A stretch of 50,511 nt of DNA, taken from contig NW_021834203.1 of assembly GCF_006345805.1 (NCBI RefSeq), forward strand, positions 1-50,511, given 5' to 3'. Source of the stretch: Octopus sinensis (Eukaryota). The position numbers and the translations under genes are program-made. Shown piece after piece: positions 11,247 to 22,265 of the stretch. The first letter of the stretch is position 1. Every line of letters starts with the position of its first letter. The notes below the pieces were generated by a model. That model worked only from the letters and a program-made list of their open reading frames with translations, had not been told where the DNA came from and made no database searches.

Positions 11247-12106
11247 ATGACGGAGTACGTCAAAAACGTATTTTTTATTATTTTAAATAATTTGTAGAAA
11301 ATCTGGACTGTTAATAGATTAATTGAATTATTTGATTGTTCAGCTGATTGGGGTGAAAACATGTTTTTAGTTCATAACGGAAATATGGACAAAATATCTG
11401 AAGAATATTTAAAAAATAAACAAAAACTATCAAAAATCGACCTTTTATTCCACAGCTATTCTGGTTATGATTCAAATAATTAAAAATCAGAAAATAACTT
11501 TATAATTGGACCCACAGGAATAAAAAAATTATTGATCGATTTGAATTTCGATCACAAAAAAATTGAAGTTCTCATTTTAGCTTGGAAAATGGGAGCCAAA
11601 AAACAGTGCCAATTTACTTATTACGAATTTTTATCAGCCTTCCATGATTTAGGGTGTTTCAAACAAATATACGTAGTGTCCAAACATTGAGAGAATTGGC
11701 CACAGAATGTCTGAAATATGCTGAAATTGTCCAAAAAGACAAGAAAGAATTTTCTCGAATTTATTTCTTTGTTTTTGAGTATTCAAAAAATGTTGATTTT
11801 CTTGAATTTGACTTGGCCATTGCTTATTGGCGCCTTTTGTTTGATGAAAATGCGTTTTTATCCACTTGGATTGATTTTATTTCTGTTTTTTTATTTTTTA
11901 CATTTTTGGTAGGATGATGGGAAGAATATTACGAGGGATTGTTGGAATACTTTTTTGGTTTTTTATAGACAATTTCCTGATTTGGAAAGTCTTCGTTTTT
12001 ATGATTTTGGTGGTTGGATTTTACGTTTTTATTTTAAGCTGCTTGGCCACTTAAATTTGACCGGTTTGTCAGATACGCTCAAAATATTCTGGCTTTGGAT
12101 ATTTAA
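11247..12106 (+). CDS. DCUN1D: DCN1-like protein (defective in cullin neddylation; cullin-binding domain), 6 exons
   Basis: Introns 11268-11297, 11464-11490, 11654-11676, 11885-11912 and 12013-12038 give IIGPTGIKKLL..VLILAWKMGAKKQCQFT..EF, YFFVFEYSK..AIAYWRLL..W.DF..ITRDCWN..YDFGAAWPLKFDRFVRY*; specific paralog not determinable. Confidence 0.9.
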
Positions 12107-12249
12107 AATATTATATTTTTTTATGTTTAAAAAACTGTGTTTTAATAAGATAGGCAATATTTTATTTATGTCTAACAAGTGAGAGTAAGATATTACATCC
12201 AAATTCAACACAAGGGTTACTTTTAGCCAAAACTAATAGTTCTCCATAA

Positions 12250-13050
12250 TATTGTCCTATTTCCTAAAACTGAATTTTGTATAAATTTCCAAGTGTACTC
12301 ATTTACGATTGAATTTATCTTAATAAAAAGTTGTTGATTCTTTAATGCAATAGTAATTATTAAACTTACTAGTTTCCTTTATCTGTGCTTTGAGTGTACA
12401 TTAATAATTGATCGACAGGAGAAATTAGTCTTTTTAGTGCAATTAACTAATCAAACAATTCTATAACCAATAGTTAAATCAGTTTGTCAAATAAACAGTG
12501 TTCTGTTTTAATTACCCAGAACTACTAATTGGATACTGCAAGTTTCTATTTTATATTCAGTAGTGCTTGCAATGACTCTCGACAAAATTCAGCATTTATG
12601 TTATGTTATTACTTTTGAATCAAGAGTCGTCTTATCGAGACAGTGATATCAAATTGTTTTACATTAAAGTTCTCAATTCCACAAAAAATTCCCATTCCTT
12701 TATTTATTAAAGACTGGACTGGAAATTATGATAATACCGCGTTCGTAACGTGACATATTAAAATTAAGCTCCTGGCCATTAAATTAACAAAAACACATAA
12801 CTCAAAGAATATTTCTGTATTCGTTTTAAAAAGATCAAAATCTGATTTTAATCAATCTGGTCATTAAAATCAACCGTTTTCTTTACGGTCTTACTTAGAA
12901 AGGTCTCTTTTTTAATTACCCCGAAGTTATTGAATAGGCCTAACAAGTCCTGGTTCTGTTGGGGGGTCAACTCCCTGTAGTCTGTCAGAGAAAAATCCCG
13001 TCTGTCCTCTATACTCATCTGAGATTGGGATTGTTCGACGTTTTGTCTTT
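12250..13050 (-). mobile_element. Possible highly decayed Ty3/gypsy pol remnant
   Basis: Weak motif echoes only (LTPQQNQDLLGLFNNF; RGIIIISSP; DQLLMYTQS); many stops. Confidence 0.25.
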
Positions 13051-13261
13051 TTTTAATAAAATGTAAAAATTAAAATAAATCGGACAAAAAATACTATTAA
13101 AAATAATCAGTAATTTTTCCACCAAATTGGTTTTTTCGAAATTTGTAGTAGAATTTTAAACCTTGTGGGCATGCGATTATATTCTTCTGACGAATAAGAC
13201 AGTGCCTTCAGAATATAGGATCAAGATTTTATTCAAGTCTCCATTCTGAAAAAAGTTCATG

Positions 13262-13330
13262 AAACTATTTGTTCGGTATTAGATACATCTTTACTCGTGT
13301 CGACAGCAAAAGAATAATATAAAAATGCTT
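13262..13330 (-). mobile_element. Short hAT transposase fragment (first catalytic-Asp motif)
   Basis: YYSFAVDTSKDVSNTEQIV resembles the hAT F(S/A)xxxDExxDxSxxEQ motif. Confidence 0.45.
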
Positions 13331-13694
13331 TCGATATTCTAAAAAAATTATTTTTAATAAAGAACTTGATTAGATGTTGGGTAAGAACCTTATAAATACA
13401 TTTTATTCTTCTTGTAATAGTATCATTACTTAATGGTAATCGTTTCGCAATATTTTGTGTATTTTATAGACAACATTCATCACAAAAAATGGAAATAGCA
13501 ATTTTAATAATTACTCCATCAGAACAAGGCTTCATATTTACAGCAAAAAGGTGACTAATGTTATAAAACGTTAATAACTGATGCTTATTTTCCACTGGTT
13601 AGAATAGTGAGGACTAATTTTTAAATGACGTCTTTAATATATTGAGTTTTTTTTCCTTGACTCTCCGATATATAAATTGTATATCTATCCGGAG

Positions 13695-14130
13695 AAGCCA
13701 TTGCGGGAAAATGCTCAACAGCAATTATGCCAGAGAACAACACGAAGTAGTAAAATGTATTCATTTCCACCTCTGCAAGAAGTATGGAATTAGGGAAGTA
13801 AAAAAATTAAAAGGATACTAAGTCCAGTCAATCATACCCACACAAAAGGTTAAAATACGTGTTGATTCTTTAATAATTACAGACAGAAAAATTCAGTTCA
13901 GCGAATAAAATTAATTTTATCAAAATGGGAATCACTTCCCAGAATTGCCTAAAGCAGGACAAAATTGAGAAATATAACTACCACGTTCAAGTAAAAATAA
14001 TTCCACCTGGAACGAGGTCGTTTCCAATTTTTTTAAGAACCAAATTAAAAAGTTATTTATTGAAGATGGGACTCAGATCTACATACAGTCATCGTGTTGA
14101 AGAAACACTGAAGAGTATGATGGTCAAGCA
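13695..14130 (+). mobile_element. R4-like non-LTR 3' fragment (knuckle and C-terminal RLE region)
   Basis: HCGKMLNSNYAREQHEVVKCIHFHLCKKYG..VQSI..KIRVDS; EKYNYHVQVKIIP; YIQS.VLKKTLKSM. Confidence 0.7.
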
Positions 14131-14449
14131 GACAAGAAATCAAAATCAGGAAGAGGAAATAAATCAGTAGCCACATCATTAAAACAAGTCATTCGTTAAA
14201 CAAAGAAAATCATCGGGGATAAATACTTATTGTTCATACTGTCGGGGTTCGTGCATAATAATGGACATTTGTTAGATAGATTAGGAAGGCTGATCAATAA
14301 TGCAAGGTAGGGAGCAGTTTGATAATAAAGAAATATGTGTTGTATCTTTGGTTATATGAGGTGTTAAAACGTTTAGAAATGTCAGTAAAAAGTACTGCTT
14401 TTTTTAATTGGATAAATACTGTTTAATCAAATCTAACACTGATTGTCTT

Positions 14450-15850
14450 TATTTGTTGATATTTTTATGCAATCTCAATATTTAAACCAACTAGAAAAAC
14501 GATTTTACCTATTTATTCTTGATCAATCAATTTCTATCTAAGATTCAATAATTTACGACCAATACGATGTGATTATAAGACTTTTTAAATTAAGGATTGA
14601 CGTGACTTTCTAAATATGCGACATTAAAACTTTTCTGAACCACAAAGTTTCTATTTCGACCTATACATTCCTTATTTTGACCCATCTCGAGGAGTTAGTT
14701 AGTTAATCCTCGGTTTTCCTATCTTGCAGCAAACCTGCAGCAAATAAAAAGCGAACTGCGGAGGCCGGCCGCTCTCGATAGGTACCAAAAATTTTTATAT
14801 ACGATTAGTAGGCAGTCTTTTGCTTGACCAAACGATTGGCCTGATATGACTTTTAAGGGTTTTATTATTATTAAAAGCACTCTCGAGAAGTCATAAAACT
14901 AATTAAGCTTCCCTTGTGCCGCGTGAACAACAATACTGTCCCACAAACTTTTCCAGGTGCCTATATTTAGAAAACAACACGCATTTTAACTTTAATAGTG
15001 TCAATAATAAATAAAACTTCAATGCTCCCGATAATTTCACTAATTTAGGACACACAAACAAATTTTATTTCGGGACTATCTGGGAGAGACGTAATCAAGT
15101 TTGATCAAGCCGTTCCTATTTGTCTCAAAGTGGCCCACATGTATGATTCCACATCTGGCAATGTGTGTAATTCAATTTGATTCCAGCTACAAATAAAATT
15201 ATCCAGATTTTTATCCAAAATAAAAAGGGACACGGATTTCAGATGAGAAAATTACATGGATAAATATACACTTACAAAACTGTCAACATTTAACGGTTTC
15301 TCAAAGAATGTCAAGAAATTTCAAAGTCACATATCAGCAATCGGATATATAACCTGGATGAAACTACAAAATTTCACAAGCTTATTCGATCAAAAAGTAT
15401 ATGTAGGAATTGTTTCGAAAGATACAAAAACTTCAAAGATAGAGTATATATGATGCTTGTTTGTCGCAAAAATTGCACGAAATAAAAATAACCAATTTGA
15501 GAGAGTTTACTATATAAGAAAACATCCAGGATAAAGTTCATTATGCCGAAAACAATCATTTCTGTCATCTACAATGTGCCATTAATAATTGGTAAGGACT
15601 CCACAATACCCTATTCTGACAGCACATTAACGAATCGTCGTCATCAACGTGGCAGAAGTACAAGCGTATCCCAAAAAGGCTGCCATCCTTGTTGCTGAAA
15701 AAATGCGTGGCACACACCTTGGGACCATAAAAGCTACTACCCAAGTTAATGTGAAGGAGTTGATCAAACTTCAGAGGCAATTGCTAATAATAAAGATCAA
15801 CTTAAAAGTTGCTTAACAAAACTCTCTTTAGCATCCTGAACAACCTGCAC
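14450..15850 (-). mobile_element. Degenerate Ty3/gypsy RT-RNase H remnant
   Basis: SSFYGP..NKDGS..RL, MIVFGIMN and RPIVWSSKRL occur in the expected RT to RNase H order; heavily broken. Confidence 0.45.
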
Positions 15851-16244
15851 ATTGCGTGACTGAAATATGGGAATAACTCTCCCAATCAGAAGGATTATTC
15901 TCAAATTTTCAGGATAGAAACGTTTTTAATGGTCAACGGAAACAGTGTAACCACGGTAAAAATGAGACAATGACGGTTATCATTTAGCCACCAAATTCGG
16001 GAGTATAGTGTACCATGATTACATAACGATGCAGTGAGGTCCCTCCATCTTCTGTTCTGCAATAAGTATAGCTTGAAACAATCCAAAAAGGTGAGAATCA
16101 ACTGAGTTCAATCGGTGTGTGAACTCGAAGGTTTGCACTAATCAAAGGTTCTCCCCATAAAGCTATCATGTTAATGGAATTCAGTTTCCTCAATTAGGAA
16201 GTGCCGTTTGGATGTATAAAAAAGGTATAAAAAAGTAAATATAA

Positions 16245-16478
16245 AATTTTCAAATAGAAATTGACTTGAAAGGAATAAAATCAAAATAAAATATGAAAAT
16301 GATGAAATTTAAAACTGTATAATAACAAAATTAAAGTTCATAAGAATTATTCCTTCCAAATCGACTAAAATAAAACAACACACAAAAAATAAAAACGAGA
16401 ACAAACTAAATCGTAACATGTATCAGCATGCTCTAATTTATTAGGCTTACCATTAAAAATATTCTAATTAAACAGTTG
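16245..16478 (+). repeat. Dispersed AT-rich repeat, second copy at ~28415-28650 and partial copy at ~27965-28010
   Basis: Shared aatagaaattgacttgaaaggaataaa...aaattaaagttcataagaattattccttc...ttaggctt(a/g)ccattaaaaatattctaattaaa. Confidence 0.85.
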
Positions 16479-16646
16479 TCTTAATAATAAAATGGTATGG
16501 TGTGTGTCTGTCTGTCTGTCTGTGTGTGCACACCAACTTCAAATTGGCAAAGTACAGATAAATTGTCAAAATCTTTCCCCCTTATAATTAGCCAATAATG
16601 GGGAACAAGCTTAAAATCATGAACTCCTCCAAGAATCTTCCACCCT

Positions 16647-17346
16647 ACGATGTCCTCGACTTACATGATGAGGTCCTTAAAACCTTCCCCCCCAAAAAAA
16701 TGTAAAAAAAATTTTCTGCATTTTGGTTAAAATGAACAACCACGATGTCCTCGACTTACATGATGAGGTCCTTAAAACCTTCCCGCCAAAAAATCAAAAA
16801 ATTATTTTCTGCATTTGATTAAAATGAACAACGTTAATGTCCTCGACATTCATGATGAGGTCCTTAAAACCTTCCCCCCCAAAAAAATTAAAAAAAAATT
16901 TTCTGCATTTTGGTTAAAATGAACAACTACGATGTCCTCGACTTACATGATGAGGTCCTTAAAACCTTCCCCCCCAAAAAAATTAAAAAAAATTTTCTGC
17001 ATTTTGGTTAAAATGAACAACTACGATGTCCTCGACTTACATGATGAGGTCCTTAAAACCTTCCCCCCCCAAAAAAATTAAAAAAAAATTTTCTGCATTT
17101 TGGTTAAAATGAACAACTACGATGTCCTCGACTTACATGATGAAGGTCCTTGAAACCTTCCCGCCAAAAAATCAAAAAATTATTTTCTGCATTTGATTAA
17201 AATGAACAACGTTAATGTCCTCGACTTACATGATGACGTCCTTAAAATCTTCCCCCCCAAAAAATCAAAAAATTATTTTCTGCATTTGATTAAAATGAAC
17301 AACGTTAATGTCCTCGACATTCATGATGAGGTCCATTAAAACCTTC
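16647..17346 (+). repeat. ~93-96-bp satellite array A (~7.5 units, two alternating subtypes)
   Basis: gtcctcgac recurs at 16652, 16747, 16839, 16934, 17028, 17124, 17217 and 17310. Confidence 0.95.
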
Positions 17347-17555
17347 GAGGCAAAAATCTCACGTATTAAGAATATCCTTGATGAAAACAACAGCGAGAAT
17401 ATTAACACTGATGAACTCCTAATTATTCGCGAGAAAGAAATTCAATTCATTCTATGTTTTTCTCTTTAAAATTAAATGCATATATCATTATCGACATGAA
17501 TCAAAATTAAAGCTATTATCATATTTGACTTTGACAGAATGTGCAATTACAGATT

Positions 17556-17760
17556 GCACGACTTTGAATAGAGTGTGCAATTAACTGATTTTGAAAAATC
17601 ACTTTGATAGTTGAAACCACATTAGCACAATCATTAACACAATTTACCACCAATTTACGCACGACCTTGAATAGAGTGTGCAATTAACAGATTTTGAAAA
17701 ACACTTTGATAGTTAAAACCTCATTAGCACAATCATTAACACAATTTACCACCAATTGAC
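17556..17760 (+). repeat. 103-bp tandem duplication
   Basis: gcacgac(t/c)ttgaatagagtgtgcaattaac at 17556 and 17659. Confidence 0.9.
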
Positions 17761-17804
17761 AGCGCCATCAGAAGAATTTGCGTAAAAATATTAACTATTT
17801 AGTT

Positions 17805-18040
17805 AAGTTTTTCGTAAAGCTAGAATTTATTTTCGGTATGCCTCTTTTCCTAAACTTTTTTATTATTCAAAAATAATTTTTTCAATAGATAACCGAAGGA
17901 GGGAAGACGACCTTAAGAAAAGAAGTTTTTCGTAAAGATAGAATTTATTTTCTGTATGCCTCTTTTTTCCTAATATTTTTTATTATTCAAAAATAATTTT
18001 TTAAATAGATAACCAAAGGAGGAAAAACGAAGCTGAAGAA
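17805..18040 (+). repeat. 118-bp tandem duplication
   Basis: aagtttttcgtaaag(c/a)tagaatttattttc at 17805 and 17923. Confidence 0.9.
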
Positions 18041-18095
18041 AAAACGGTCAGCTTAATAAGGTAATTAATTAAATCTTTTTTGTGTGTCGCTTTTT

Positions 18096-18350
18096 TGCCT
18101 GCCGCATCTCTGCCTGCCGCATCTCTGCCTGCCGCATCTCTGCCTGCCGCATCTCTGCCTGCCGCATCTTCGCCTGCCGCATTTCCGCCTACCACATTTC
18201 TGCCTGCCGCATTTCCGCCTACCACATTTCCGCCTGCCGCATCTTCGCCTGCCGCATTTCCGCCTGCCGCATCTTCGCCTGCCGCATTTCCGCCTGCCGC
18301 ATTTCCGCCTGCCGCATTTCCGCCTACCGCATTTCCGCCTGCCGCATCTC
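18096..18350 (+). repeat. GC-rich 15-bp minisatellite (~17 units), followed by an A-rich low-complexity tract to ~18777
   Basis: (c/t)gcct(g/a)ccgcat(c/t)tc units; explains the six overlapping periodic ORFs at 18.0-18.45 kb. Confidence 0.95.
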
Positions 18351-18777
18351 CCCCCATCTCCCCCAAATAAAAAAAGAAAAAAAAGGAAATTACAAAGAAA
18401 CACGAAAAAATCAAATATAAAAGGTTAAAAAATAAAAAAAAGAAAATAAAGCACAAAAAAAAGAAAATAAAACAAAAAAAGAAAAAAAAATTTAAAAAAT
18501 AAAAAAAAATAAAAAAATAAAAAAAATTAAAAAATAAAAAAAAGAAAATAAAAACACAATAAAAATCAAAAAATAAAAAAAAAAACTAAAAAATAAAAAA
18601 AAGAAAATAAAACACAAAAAAAAGAAAATAAAACAAAAAAAACAAAAAAAAAAAAAAAGTTAAAAAATAAAAAAAAAGAAAATAAAACACAAAAAAAGAA
18701 AAAAAAATTCTAAAAAATAAAAAAAATAAAAAAAAGAAAATAAAAACACAATAAAAAACAAAAAATAAGAAAAAAAT

Positions 18778-18962
18778 GCAATGACAATAAACAAGGCCCG
18801 GGACAGTCATTAAAGGTAGTTGGGTTATTTTTAGAGAGTGAGTGCTTTTCACATGGACAGCTGTATGTGGGATGCTCGAGGGTAGGCAGAAGAGAAAATT
18901 TATTTATATATGCCAAGGAAGGACGGACGACAAACATCGTTTATCAACAGGCGATAGAATAG
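18778..18962 (+). pseudogene. Helitron PIF1-family helicase C-terminal remnant
   Basis: AMTINKA/GQSLKVVGLFLESECFSHGQLYVGCSRVG..GRTTNIVYQQAIE*, with one frameshift. Confidence 0.9.
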
Positions 18963-19603
18963 GGTTACATTAAACCAGGTAGTTTTATACATCTACATAA
19001 ACTTATAGTCAATTCCTAGTTAGGGTCAAACTACTAAGTAAAGTCAACAAACTAATAAATTCTCCCAGCGAGACGGAGGGAACAGCTGTTGCCACGCATG
19101 ACAGCCAGCAGGATCCTCTGAATGAGGAAAGTAAATTCCCTAGGGTCCTTGGACCGCGAAGAACAAAGATGTCCCAATTTCTTTAGGGAAGTGAGGGTCC
19201 CGGAGCCAAAGAAGAGACCAACTTATAGTTGTTTGTTGCTCCTTCAGAAGATTCTTGTTTTGACATTTTTATAAATTATGAAGCATTTAGATTTTTTCTC
19301 ATTATTCTAAAATATCAATTATAAATTTTAAAATATTATTTTTATTTATGAAATCGGTTTTAAAGCTCATTCTTCTTTGGCATCGATTTTAATTTTTGTT
19401 ATCGAATATATTTAATCCCAAATACAAGCCTGGGTATTTGTCAATTTATAGATTTTTTGATTGATCGGATCTAGAAATTGAGTGGTCGCTCGCTGCGCTC
19501 GGTCGCGCGCTGCGCTCGCGACATAATAAGACATCCCATGATAAACTATACACCAAAATTTTTTGTGCAATCAAAAGGATTATTCTCAAATTTTCAGGAT
19601 AGA

Positions 19604-20753
19604 TTTTTTTGGTTGAGGTGGCGACGTACCTCTCTTGCACAATGTCTAAAACACACAGTACAACCGGACAGGCTATCAATTCTATCCTTTAACGTTCGTG
19701 GACTCTGCCAGACCTGGAAACAACAAGCACTCTGTAATGACATGGATAAATACCGTGCGGACATCGGCTGTCTACAAGAGACCAAACAAAAATCTGGAAT
19801 GGACCTAACCTATGGAAATTACCGAATGATCTTGCTACCTTCCGACTGCAGACACTATGGACAAGGTTTTGTGATTCACAAGAGGCTCGGTGTCAAACGC
19901 TGGTGGAGAATTACAGATAGGATTTCAGCAATCCAAGTACAAATCGGCGGTAAAGGCAGGCCTAATGCAGTCGCAACGGTCATTAACGTATACGCCCCGC
20001 ATAGTGGCAGAATCGTCAACGCTCCTGAAGAAATCGATGAATTCTATGAGGTACTGACCCGGACATACCTATCCTTGCAATCGTCTACCCTCCTGCTCGT
20101 CGTCGGCGACTGGAACGCCAAGACTGGCATCCGTCGAGGCACTGAAACTTTTATTGGACGGCACGGAAGAGGATATAGAAACCTCCCAGGAGCCCTATTG
20201 GCTAATTTCTGTAAAACACTCGGGCTATTCCTATGTAACACGGCCTTTGATCACTCTGCTCGGCACAAGTCTACCTGGACTGGCAGGAGACGTGGTGAAG
20301 ACGGGAACTATGTGCCGATCTACAACCAAATTGACTATATTGTGTGTCGCCAAAGAGACACATGGCTTCTACAAGACTCTCGTTCTTACGGGGGCTCGGT
20401 CGTTGACAGTGACCACAAGATAGTCATCGGCAGATTCAACCTGAAGAAATTATATGTGCTGGATAAAACAAATCGTCAATTCCCTCATAAATCGGACAGA
20501 TACTTGTCAGTTGTGCAAAAGGAGCTTAAGCTGAGGGCTGAGAACACCAAAGATATGGATAGCAAACTCGCACTGAAAGGCCGGCGTGCTGGCATCCAAA
20601 AACAAATAAAGACCCTAAACCTCCAATATGGCCGGGATATCCTGGCTTCCCGTCTTGGAGAACTGGAAACCCTCAAAGATAATGCACGCACGTTTATGGC
20701 TTTACGGTTTCCTTGTTTATGTTCCTGCGGGAAGTGCTAATAATAATAATAAT
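19604..20753 (+). mobile_element. RTE-like LINE deletion derivative: apurinic-endonuclease domain only, (TAA)6 tail, 15-bp TSD
   Basis: SFNVRGL, CLQET, NVYAP, VGDWNAKTG, HKSTW, QIDYI and DSDH all present; aattttcaggataga at 19589-19603 and 20754-20768; empty site seen at 15891-15953; no RT motifs. Confidence 0.9.
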
Positions 20754-20849
20754 AATTTTCAGGATAGAAACGTTTTTAATGGTCGACGGAAACAGTGTAA
20801 CCAATATTAATTTTTTGATTTCAGGCTCTACAAATTTAAGTAGGGAATT

Positions 20850-21189
20850 ATATCAGGAAAACTTGAAACCTTGGAAAAGAAAAATTATTTGGTAAAACTA
20901 AGAGTGATATTGATGCTATACTAAAGAAATTTGAGGATGTGATTTTCAAAACTTGGAGTTATCTTCCGGATTCTTTTTATGTATAAAAAAAATTTTATAT
21001 GGACTTTTGACAATATTTGTGTCTACTTATATGTGTGAACAAAGATTTTTGCACATGAATTATATCAAATCAAAATTAAGAAATAAAATTACCAGACTGA
21101 ATATACAATCAAACCTCTACTTAAAATTTTCTAATTACGACCTCTACTTAAAATCCTCCAAAGAAATAAGAAATCACATTTATCATTAA
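20850..21189 (+). mobile_element. hAT (SPIN/GTF2IRD2-like) C-terminal dimerisation remnant
   Basis: LLTIFVSTYMCEQRFLHMNYIKSKLRNK. Confidence 0.75.
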
Positions 21190-21299
21190 TGAGACGAATT
21201 TATTTTCTTGAAATAAATTCTAAATTATTATTGAATTTTCTGAAACGGAATTGTGTCAAAATTTTTAAAATACCATCTGGTGGCGCTCAGAGTGGAGGA

Positions 21300-22265
21300 C
21301 AGGTTGAGCGCGTATATCCAGACACTAGTGTTGCAGAAGACCTAAAAGAGCATGCAAGCCGAGACGAAGCACGAGTCATCGATGTATGCTGAGAAAGTTC
21401 AATTGAAAATAAATCCAAAAACCGGACATGATGAGAATAATTCTTGGAAAAGTAATCACGCGAATTGAAAGATTAGCAAATACAAAACTGAATGGAGTGA
21501 ACCTGTTCAAAGCAACAAAGCCGATTGAATATTTTCAAACTTTAAAATAAAATTTTGAAAATAAGAAAACGATCAAATCGTTATTCACAAAGCCAGTACA
21601 TGATGGTTATTTAACATTTATTTATATATAGTTGTGGGTGCGCAGATCGCTTCTTATAAAATTTCTGAAATTATTGCGAAAACTTCCAGTTCTCATATTA
21701 TTGCAAAAAATGTAATAATTCCATCACTGGAAGTAATAATATCGGATGTAAGATGATTCTAAAAGATGCTTTTAAAATTATTAAAACTCTACATCTTAGC
21801 AATGATTCGATTCGTCGAAGAATTGATGAAATGGGTGATATGTAAAAGAAATTCTTATTGCTTCAGCAAAGTAAGTTTTTTTTACAAATTGTCAATGGTT
21901 GGAAGATATAAGGAATTTGTTTCTCTTCTTAAAAAGATTCTCCATGTGTCATTCATCGTATTTTACATCGCCATCAACTGGTATCGAAGATTTTATGTCA
22001 TGATTTACATCAATCTTTAAACATTGTAATCAAAACAATTAACAAAATAAAAACACGAAGCAAATGTGATAGTTTTTTTAGAAAGTTTTGTAAGGATGCT
22101 GGTAAAGATTTTATTCGACTTTTATTACACATGGAAGTAAGATGGCATTCAAAAGGAAATGCTTTAGAAAGATTTGTTAATTTTTACGATGCAAATAGTC
22201 GCATTCTTGCAGACTGAAGAAAACTTGGTTTGGTTGAAGAGATCATTTCACGAAAAAATGATATA
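21300..22265 (+). mobile_element. Degenerate Buster/Charlie (ZBED5-like) hAT transposase, 5' part
   Basis: ATKPIEYFQTLK, ASYKISEIIAK..HIIAKNVIIP, LSNDSIRRRIDEM, HRHQLVSK and LLLHMEVRWHSKGNALERF. Confidence 0.85.

Larger units (their letters stand above)
16479..19088 (+). mobile_element. Composite non-autonomous Helitron-like element carrying several tandem repeats and the helicase C-terminus
   Basis: Starts TCTTAATAATAAAATGG followed by a (GTCT)n microsatellite, contains 95/103/118/15-bp repeats and a PIF1-like C-terminus (18778-18962), and ends near a weak hairpin plus AACAGCTG (19062-19088) resembling a Helitron hairpin-CTAG end; continuity of the whole span is inferred. Confidence 0.55.

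Noticed and set aside
12165-12300. Cyclic-nucleotide-binding gene on the minus strand (EIGQYYGELLVL)
   Set aside because: Single short motif; no consistent spliced frame could be built
18001-18456. Gly/Ala-rich or Cys/Arg-rich (metallothionein- or protamine-like) proteins
   Set aside because: All six frames are open only because the 15-bp minisatellite lacks stops; flanks are low-complexity A/T tracts
19485-19525. AAV/parvovirus ITR-like motif
   Set aside because: Only superficial GCTC-rich resemblance; no palindromic arms and no rep/cap sequence
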